The notes under the pieces are model-generated. The model saw only the letters and a program-made list of their open reading frames with translations. It was not told the DNA's origin and made no database searches. DNA of 64,000 nucleotides, from the IMG/VR virus record IMGVR_UViG_3300044625_001067, positions 186,001 through 250,000 of that record. One strand, 5' to 3'. Shown here piece after piece: positions 57,501 to 64,000 of this stretch (the stretch's first letter is position 1; each line of letters starts with the position of its first letter). The translations under genes and the position numbers were made by a program.

Positions 57501-58049
57501 GGAGCACTCGGAATGATGTCCGGGAGTTTGGGGGCGGCAAGTTCGCTGGCACAAAATCTAGGACTCACGATAACCTCAACAACGGGAGGGAAACACGCCC
57601 CTGGGTCGTATCATTACGCCGGACGAGCTATTGACGTAGCGGGCTCACCTGGCGCGATGCTCGCCTATGCTCAGCGACTGGCCTCTACTTCGGGGGGCAG
57701 AATGGCAGAGCTTTACTACACGCCCCTGGGATTCAGCATAAAAAACGGTGTGAAGGTTCCATGGACAATTCCAAACCACATGGATCATGTTCACGTAGCG
57801 TACGCTCTCGGGAAGGGGACCCCTGCGTTCTTCTCCAACCAAAAGGAAGCCGAGTCTTGGGAGAGAAAAATGATGCCACCGTCGGCGAAAGTCACTTCGA
57901 TCACCTCAAACACGTCTGAAGGATTCGGTAGCTCAACGATTCACGCCCCAATAACAATTTATCAACAGCCGAATCAAGACCCAGAGGAACTCGCTTCCTT
58001 AGTCGCTATGCGAATTGGAATGGTTGTGGACGAACTTAGGAACCACTAG
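54570..58049 (+). CDS. Tape measure protein with C-terminal peptidase M15-like domain
   Basis: FTL...DQITKKL start, helical body, hydrophobic segments, HAPGSYHYAGRAIDV...HMDHVHVA, ITIYQQPNQDPEELA tail. Confidence 0.75.
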   Translation: MAENKTFTLIGKFDDQITKKLKDLNKEFQKLSKPLSKDNAAASLRDGFKAANSELKTLQNEMKTLNKLQFKFDKSGIQAAREEVQMLGKDLESVSKKGLPIDKSGLKAAQEDAKILGKILEANALIKVGEGFANALTAGASSAVNILQQGIGFIGKRYSEAVQDQLGDVMARGSLFGSLNKEGMFKQGLAGKEGQALKDASNDMYLQTKNISRSMDSAINEIIRTSTVSSQTIQVLSRQLGDNLLPVMLKEKGITDLSIVSREKLNEVMGGENGVGKKLAILYSQIGSVVTSPAYAPQAAMGVTQFLGSGTINRQLSVFENNPILVSSLKEGLKKFGNTVEGRIKAASYGFSIAMPEAALEEAKNTIAGGMQSVNDTFLGPSGILTLTADINKQGEKTLAMMASSGARDKQIAKYDRRNKEVLDALAKQGKKESEIQKIEEQQKNNRVRFIKNLDDFYKSADSPIEVIATQFGPLLQSFANMMNSAGNLLIGPVNSIIGALARPLTELQDNFENLGSEISAGKKSLAEALGRGLAETFKALASYFNPEQAGKDVGTGIQKFLSDFMKGFKGGEVNGERYMKIVLDTFKDIVLKMLFNDGNALQGVTPLGNALGKVFLLLAAPAFISAVIAGVVPLAIMGFGNMLMGVFAGLAGGALAGVAGFALPIVAIVAGFVIFEGPLRMLADWLKDTGAKLSESTNWVASAAGLFLGGLGDILQGLTNFFTGIWDLLVGIFTGNQQLIVQGVKKIFSGIIETLIGAAESVVGLGGIIIGAVGNLFTAIGRKINDIAISVGGWISDRVPGSSKASPRPAAGASSARAPKAKASAFGSANPFSGSLSQAIDFEMANKPPSSSLVIANSSETVIPAAGGLGVGSFMETLKEGFGQLTTTMNENNQVYTENGKRFTEGLFKVSGQVIESQTQINSLGSALSKAQEHNNNMFSKVQEQLNSNQNQTASMFSAIGKQISQIASSAGGMFGGALGMMSGSLGAASSLAQNLGLTITSTTGGKHAPGSYHYAGRAIDVAGSPGAMLAYAQRLASTSGGRMAELYYTPLGFSIKNGVKVPWTIPNHMDHVHVAYALGKGTPAFFSNQKEAESWERKMMPPSAKVTSITSNTSEGFGSSTIHAPITIYQQPNQDPEELASLVAMRIGMVVDELRNH

Positions 58050-58050
58050 T

Positions 58051-59640
58051 ATGGCAAACAGTTTGATAATCCCCCGCTGCGAGGTTGTTTGGGGGGACGT
58101 GAACCTGATGAACCACAACTTCGACGGTAGCACAACGGGGCTGACGAATCAGCCACTGGTGTACAATGTGAGGGTGTCTTTACAAGACTCAGGGCAGACC
58201 CCGACTGGCTCAATGAGATGGAATCCGACTGGCGCCGCGTTCAGCGTCTACGAAAAACTGCTGGAAACTGCGCTCAACCGCACAATTACAGTCCGGTACT
58301 ACTACTTGAATGGACGTTCCATCACCTTTTCGTTCGTTTGGTCTGGACAGACAGAGGTATACGGGAAGGAAATGTCGCTGGAAGTGAAACTCGCGTCTGA
58401 ACTCGACGGGCTCGTGAATGCGAATATAAAGAGTACGGCGCAAGCTAGCGACCAGGGAACGTCGCCTCTAGCAAATTTATCGCAGCTTGACTACACGTTC
58501 GGGGTCGAAAAGTATGATCTTGTGAAAGTCACGAAGCAGATGCAAGAAAGTCTGAAAACAACGAAAGTTCTGTCAAACTATTCCGAGGGGTCCAACTACC
58601 TTGACAGCGTGAAAAACCTAGTTGAGCAAACTGGTGGGCTCGTTATGGCGACGAACATTGTTTCTCCGGGAACTTCTCAAAAACTTTCTGCAAGTTGCGT
58701 GGTGCTGGGGCCGTACTTGTCAGATAAGACCACAGTGGAGGAGCTCGCACCACAGAGTCAGTTCCCCGACCCCACTATTCGGTACGGGTACTTCCTTGGG
58801 CCAGGGATTATAAACACAATCACAAAAACGTCTGAATGGCAGCCCCCTCAAAAGACTCAGACGAGCTTGGAGAGCACGCAAGAAAAGGTTCAGCCTGCGC
58901 AACCGGGAACACAGGGGCAACCTGCGACGTCAACTCCACAGAGCCAGCAAGCAGTGGCGGCTCAACAGTCCCAGAGCAAGAGCGGAGCTGGAAACACGGC
59001 CAACTCTCGTGCTAGGCCCGGAGTGCGCCTAAAGGAAAATCAAGACGGAGAGAAGCGAAAACTTGAGATACAGCAAGAGCGCAGTTCCAAGCTAAGCGCC
59101 TCAGTTTTTATGTGTCCTGCCCTTACCGGTGTGAAGCCGAACGATGTCTTATTTATACCAAACTTCAGTGGAACTTTCATAGAAGACTGGATTGTTAATG
59201 GTATTGAGTACACTCAGACGGATGGTGGAGTGGAAGTTTCCATTCAAGCTAGCCGTCAGTACGGCCTCGGGAATCTCATGAATAAGGCACTCGGCGAGAC
59301 TTGGCTCGGAAAAGCCAAAGAGAAAAACTTGGTCGGAAGCACAGGAACTCTGGAGAGTTGGCACAACTACGCCTGGGGTTCACTAGGGTTTAACACTCCT
59401 GCGCAAACCTACCCCGAGCCATCGAGTGGACAAGTTGCACAAAAAGAGTCGGAGGCTGCAGACTCCTTCCATCTTTTAGCAAAACTTTTTGGAACTTCTC
59501 AGACTTTGGTGACCGACCGGGGCTTGTACGATTATTTGACAAAGGAGCTGGGCATCAAGTTTGTGAACGGAAGCGGTGTTGTTGATCTACCGTTCGAGAA
59601 GGTCAGGCAGTTGAATCTTCGTCGCATTGGCAAAACGTAG
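58051..59640 (+). CDS. Putative baseplate hub protein
   Basis: Follows tape measure; P.L...KPND......W.V..IEY pattern. Confidence 0.5.
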   Translation: MANSLIIPRCEVVWGDVNLMNHNFDGSTTGLTNQPLVYNVRVSLQDSGQTPTGSMRWNPTGAAFSVYEKLLETALNRTITVRYYYLNGRSITFSFVWSGQTEVYGKEMSLEVKLASELDGLVNANIKSTAQASDQGTSPLANLSQLDYTFGVEKYDLVKVTKQMQESLKTTKVLSNYSEGSNYLDSVKNLVEQTGGLVMATNIVSPGTSQKLSASCVVLGPYLSDKTTVEELAPQSQFPDPTIRYGYFLGPGIINTITKTSEWQPPQKTQTSLESTQEKVQPAQPGTQGQPATSTPQSQQAVAAQQSQSKSGAGNTANSRARPGVRLKENQDGEKRKLEIQQERSSKLSASVFMCPALTGVKPNDVLFIPNFSGTFIEDWIVNGIEYTQTDGGVEVSIQASRQYGLGNLMNKALGETWLGKAKEKNLVGSTGTLESWHNYAWGSLGFNTPAQTYPEPSSGQVAQKESEAADSFHLLAKLFGTSQTLVTDRGLYDYLTKELGIKFVNGSGVVDLPFEKVRQLNLRRIGKT

Positions 59641-59654
59641 GGGGCAACACGGGA

Positions 59655-59682
59655 GTTTACTAGTCCGGGGCAAGCCTATACT
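59655..59682 (+). promoter_or_regulatory. Second promoter class GTTTAC-N16-TATACT
   Basis: Upstream of 59741. Confidence 0.5.
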
Positions 59683-59740
59683 TGTGTTGAACGTGCTGGG
59701 CAATAGGGCTCAGTTTATCGCGTTCTTCACAAGTAACACA

Positions 59741-60712
59741 ATGGCTGTAACTACATTCAAAATTCTGCCCCAACTCGACGACAAAAACCGCGCAAGGTTG
59801 GAGTCAAAGAGCTACTCACGGGCATACACCGACATTCCAAACAAGGCTCTACCCGAGTCTTACCGCAATGGGTTGTCAACCATCTTTCGTGCGCTAACTG
59901 GCGAGGATTTCGATCTTGAGGCGTCTACCTTCACTGTGAAGGCTGACCCGAATGGGACCTTTCAACGTCTTTACTCTCCCACAATCTTCTCTACTGAAGT
60001 AGGTGGCCTTGTAATTCGTTGGGGTGATAGGGATATTCCCCTTCTGTTGGCTCCTGGCAAGGTCGGAGTGGCTAACGCCCCGAAAGGACTAAAGTTCGCC
60101 TTTAAGGATGAGCAGATCGGTAAATACACCGAGCCCGTTCTTTCTGTGTCCGTACAAGGAGACGGCACTCTTTACACTCTTCCTATCACAATTCGGAAGA
60201 AGGAAATTAAGGAGGAACTTCCCGCAGATCTTCTCGAACTCTTGCTCGATGAAAATCCCGAAGCGATTGCTGAAAAGGTTTATGCCGCACCGGATCTTTC
60301 CAAGCGTGGTGAAAACACAGGGGGAGAGCGTCTTGTGGGTCCTTTCGTCAAAGTCGCGAGTCTACCCTTAGGCGAATACACAATCACTTCTTATAGGGTT
60401 AAGGAAGGTGGTGCTTTCGGTACTGACTACTTTCTGCAAGCGAAAGTGACTGAGCCATTTGTGGCACCAGTTCGCGTTCAAGTCGAGGGAGAGTGGATAG
60501 ACCAAGAAACCGAAGTCTCCGACTGGGTGATTGTCAAGCCGAACTCCGCAATGAAGAAGATTCTTGCTGCTGAGCCCTTGATTACTCCTGACGCTCCCGC
60601 AACTCTAAAGGTTCTTGAGCACTTCGAGTATAACGGCAACGCTGCAGCAAAAGTGACACTGAAGTGTCCGAACTTTGTTCAGAACCCTGAGAGCTTTGCT
60701 CTGGATTTTTGA
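59741..60712 (+). CDS. Hypothetical protein, possible ssDNA-binding/replication protein
   Basis: Beta-rich, own promoter and terminator, upstream of helicase, ends FALDF. Confidence 0.5.
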   Translation: MAVTTFKILPQLDDKNRARLESKSYSRAYTDIPNKALPESYRNGLSTIFRALTGEDFDLEASTFTVKADPNGTFQRLYSPTIFSTEVGGLVIRWGDRDIPLLLAPGKVGVANAPKGLKFAFKDEQIGKYTEPVLSVSVQGDGTLYTLPITIRKKEIKEELPADLLELLLDENPEAIAEKVYAAPDLSKRGENTGGERLVGPFVKVASLPLGEYTITSYRVKEGGAFGTDYFLQAKVTEPFVAPVRVQVEGEWIDQETEVSDWVIVKPNSAMKKILAAEPLITPDAPATLKVLEHFEYNGNAAAKVTLKCPNFVQNPESFALDF

Positions 60713-60751
60713 TCAACAATTTAAGTCTCTGAGTTAAACTCTTGGGACAAC

Positions 60752-60780
60752 AAGACCCTGGCTTACCGCTGGGGTCTTTT
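60752..60780 (+). terminator. Intrinsic terminator overlapping next promoter
   Basis: AAGACCCTGGC-TTACC-GCTGGGGTCTT-TT. Confidence 0.65.
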
Positions 60781-60819
60781 GCTATACTACACCGTCAAAC
60801 CTAAACAACAAGAGGATAC

Positions 60820-63773
60820 ATGGCAGATCCCTTTTCCGGGGGACTCGGAAGTACGAAACAAGAGATTGGAATACTAACCGAAGCGAAAGAGAGAAACAAG
60901 GCAGCGTCCTTCCGGTCGAAGAAAGACGGAGAGGAAAAACAAGAGAAGAAAAAGAGAGCACCCACAAAAGTGTCCGAGCTTTACAACTCAGGCGTCACTC
61001 TGCTGAAGGCGAAGGGGTTCGTTATTGAGATCGACGAGTCCGGTGACCACTGTAAGCACCGTATTCTGAAGCCCACGCCACCGGTAATGGTAAGGGGAAT
61101 TCAGTACCCGGCAGACTTCAACCCCTTGCAGGATATCTCAGTTTACGACGACTTTGAAAAAGTCGAGTCATGCTTCCATCCTGACTTGTGTCCAGACGAC
61201 GTAAGAACTTTCTGGGAACCTTTATTCAAACCGAAAGCCGGTGACTCAGATCTCGTCTCTTTCACAGAGCGGCTGCTGAAGATGAAGAGAATAAACATGA
61301 GCAAGAGCATTCATGAAACGCTAAGTTACGGCCATACATTTGACCCTGCGGCTCGGTGGGGTGGAGTTCCTGTCTCTAATCCAAGGTCGTGGGTACCAGA
61401 CAGAGACTGGTTCAACCCTGTTCTGCAACTGGTTACCCTAGCTGACGTTTTCTCTATCTTTCCTGAGGCAGAGCGGGAAATGCTCAGGTTGATTATTGGG
61501 CGAATCGGGGTAGGCAGGTCAAATCACTTGCCACCGGGAAAGGACCAGCCTGTAGATCACACTGCTCGTATGGCGGGGGTGATTGTGGGTAAGGATGCTG
61601 GATTAGGAAAGTCGACTCTCTTCAATGGAATGACCGCAGCTTTTTCCAAGTGCGGTTTTGTAACCCACACGTTTAAATCGACTGAGGATCGCTTCGGCCT
61701 TAAAGCTGCTGCTCTTAGTGACATAGCATACAAGGATGATACCTCCTTGGCTTCTCTCAAGAAGTTCCTTGCTTCTGAGGAGACCAAGATTTTGATCACG
61801 AATGGGCTTTTCCAAGTAGAAGAAAAGTTCGAGAAGGCCGAGCAAATTTGGCCAAAGACAGTCATATTGGTTAACTCCAATGACTGGAACAGTAAGTTTG
61901 CCTACGACTTAGATCCGGGGATTGACGCACTAGTCCCCCTGCCCGGTAACGGACAGTAAAAAACGCATTCTAAACGGGGGAACCCCTTGGCGGGTAAAAT
62001 CTGTAAAACAAGGGCAATCCCGTGCTAAGTGGAATTTATCGAATCTTTTGTACGTCAAATGGTAAGTCATACACTGGATCCTCAATAAACATTGACTCTC
62101 GGTGGGGTAAGCACATATACTTACTTCGCAAAGACTGTCATTCTAATGTTCACCTTCAAAACTGCTTCAACAAGTACGGTAGAGAATCTCTAGAGTTCAG
62201 CTTGCTTGAAGACCTTAGCGGTCTACCCCTGGACGAGATCCGGGAGGTTGAGCAGAAATACTTGGACTCCCTGGACTGGAGTGAAGCACTAAACATATGC
62301 AAAGACTCCAGGGGTGGGCAGATAACAGAGGAAGCTAATGAGAGACGAAGGGAGTCTCTAAGGGACTATTACAAAACTAACCCCGATGCTTTGCGGGGGG
62401 GAGAATAATCCCTTCTATGGCAAAAAACACAGTCAAAGTACAAAAGACAGCATATCCAGAGCTAATAGCGGCAAGATGAGGTCAGACGAGTTTAAGAGAC
62501 AGAAATCTGAGTTTATGTCTAACCGCAAGGGCGTACACCATAGCGAAGAACACAAAAGTAAACTAAAGGACAAGTTTACCGGCGGCGGTAATCCTAATGC
62601 CATAGAGACCGTCATCAACGGTGTAGTGTACCCTACAAAACGTGAAGCCCTGAGAGCTTTGGGCCTGAGATATGACTATCAACTTGATAAACACCTAAAA
62701 GCCGAACGACTATCCCGAGAGGGAGTAGAGTCAAGTGACTCGAAACGAATGCCCCCTGTGTAAGCAGGGAGAAGATATAGTCTGCTCTGAATGGTAACAT
62801 TCAGCTGGGTTAGTCCCGGAAAAAGTCTAACGATCTTTTTTGAACATTTGGTATTGATCGCATTAAGCTCATTAGTACATATAGGGAGTATGAGGTAACA
62901 AAAAACATCGAGAACACGAAAGGGACAGTGTCAGAGGGGTCTCCCGACCTTCGCCCACGAGCACACATTCCTTACCTCTCTAATAAGCTAGGTGTGAGTG
63001 CTGATGCGTTGTATCTTTGGTGTCTCCGCCTCGCTACCGATAGGTTCTGGGAAATCATTAACGATGTAGCTGATCCCCGCATCAATCGCCTTCAGGTTGA
63101 AGTGCGCTATTGGACCACACGACAAAGGATCCGATTCAAAGCCGATGTCACACAGGCACTCGTTAATGCCATGGCGTTCGCTCACTCGGTTCGAACGGGG
63201 TCAGACCTTAGCTTCATGCCCGAGCTGACGCCGGATGTTCTCTACGAGTATCTCAGTTCTCTTTACTTTGTGGGAGTGGACCCGTCGTGCCAACACTTAA
63301 CTGCGAGCATGAAAAAAGAGTGGGAGAACGCAGGGCGTCCGTCGACACATTACTACCAAGGTTTCCGAGAGCTAAGGTGGGAATCTGTGAGAAAGGCAAT
63401 TTCCCTCGCACGAGAGTTTCTGTTCGACGAAACGACGGGTCAGCGGCAAGAGACCAAGGACAAAACAGCTCTGACGCTAATTCGAGAGATAATGGAAAAG
63501 CTGGTGATGAGGGATGGTTTTAAGATTGGTGGCGAGGCGAACTACGTCATTGAAAACTGGAACAATTGTCGTCACGCTCAAGAGGAACTTGTTTTGGAAG
63601 GGGAAAAGCTAGTTGAATCCATGGAAGACATGGACAAACAAAGACTACTCAACCCTAAGACAAATTGCTGTGACGATTGGCTTCTTGACAAGAACTACTC
63701 ACCCGATGTTGCTGAAAGGTTCCGAGAATCCGCACGTAAAAAACTCTACGAGGTTAAAGGGGTAAAAGTATGA
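60820..63773 (+). CDS. SF3/D5-like helicase, spliced: join(60820-61922,62852-63773), 674 aa
   Basis: Walker A GKDAGLGKST, Walker B IAYKDD, motif C ILVNSN; splicing restores LDPGIIDRIKLIS (Arg finger region) in frame with ORF 62928-63773. Confidence 0.8.
61992..61999 (+). promoter_or_regulatory. GGGTAAAR motif inside intron upstream of GIY-YIG gene
   Basis: GGGTAAAA in the P5 region, 30 nt before GTG at 62022. Confidence 0.5.
62022..62763 (+). pseudogene. Intron-encoded GIY-YIG homing endonuclease with NUMOD3 repeats, frameshifted at G7 run 62395-62401
   Basis: SGIYRI...YTGSS..I..RW..H; second ORF GENNPFYGKKHS; removing one G fuses both (LRGENNPFYG). Confidence 0.8.
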
Positions 63774-64000
63774 ACATACAAAACTCTGAACAAACCCTTG
63801 TGGATTCTTTTACATACGAATGCCAAAAGCAACTTAGGCTCAAGGATCAATTGGAATCCGAGGGTTTTGTCTTAGCAGATGATCCCGCAGGGTTGTACGA
63901 CAAGATTGGAACGGTTCAGGAACTGAGTTGTCTCTGTGAGTTGTACACTCCTCGCCTCCTTGTGAAGACCTTTATAGAGGGGACAGAGCATCTTGCTTAC
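63770..64000 (+). CDS. Hypothetical protein (3'-truncated by window edge)
   Basis: ATGA overlap with helicase; frame open to the end. Confidence 0.5.
   Translation, partial: MNIQNSEQTLVDSFTYECQKQLRLKDQLESEGFVLADDPAGLYDKIGTVQELSCLCELYTPRLLVKTFIEGTEHLAY

Larger units (their letters stand above)
61923..62851 (+). ncRNA. Group I intron in helicase gene (929 nt)
   Basis: P1 GGGGAU|...GUCCCC; P3 GCAUUC/GAAUGC; GCAATCCCGTG; AACGACTA; AAGATATAGTC; terminal G 62851. Confidence 0.88.

Noticed and set aside
63760-63767. GGGTAAAA near the last gene start, and GGGTAAAG at 21960 inside a gene
   Set aside because: The first is too close to the ATG at 63770 to give a usable transcript; both may be chance matches
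1-64000. tRNA, rRNA, integrase or photosynthesis genes
   Set aside because: None recognised by eye; tRNAscan was not run

Overview
A 64-kb segment of a large, probably cyanobacteria-infecting, contractile-tailed (myovirus-like) phage. Almost all genes lie on the + strand. It has a Mu-like head module (DUF935-type portal, protease/scaffold, MuF-like protein, decoration protein, major capsid), tail tube, baseplate and connector genes, a terminase large subunit plus a tandem divergent paralog, and phoH. These are followed by a cluster of small probable head-cargo proteins including a protein kinase, large tail-fibre genes, DNA-metabolism genes (DEDDh exonuclease, thyX, 5'-3' exonuclease), tape measure/hub genes and an SF3-type helicase. 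The main result is that the major capsid gene (5799-9486) is split into six exons (9, 32, 240, 22, 53, 700 nt) by five related group I introns. Two of these encode HNH endonucleases, and the introns share near-identical blocks in a mosaic pattern. A sixth group I intron, with a GIY-YIG gene, interrupts the helicase. Other signals are a GGGTAAAR(-N5-YA) promoter-like motif at more than 20 gene starts, a second motif before replication genes, shared N-terminal leaders and F/Y/H-x-E sites suggesting a capsid-cargo targeting system, and a shared C-terminal (S/A)LDF tag on three putative DNA-acting proteins. All assignments come from reading motifs by eye; no database search was run. Several frameshifts in homopolymers and isolated stop codons may be sequencing errors.
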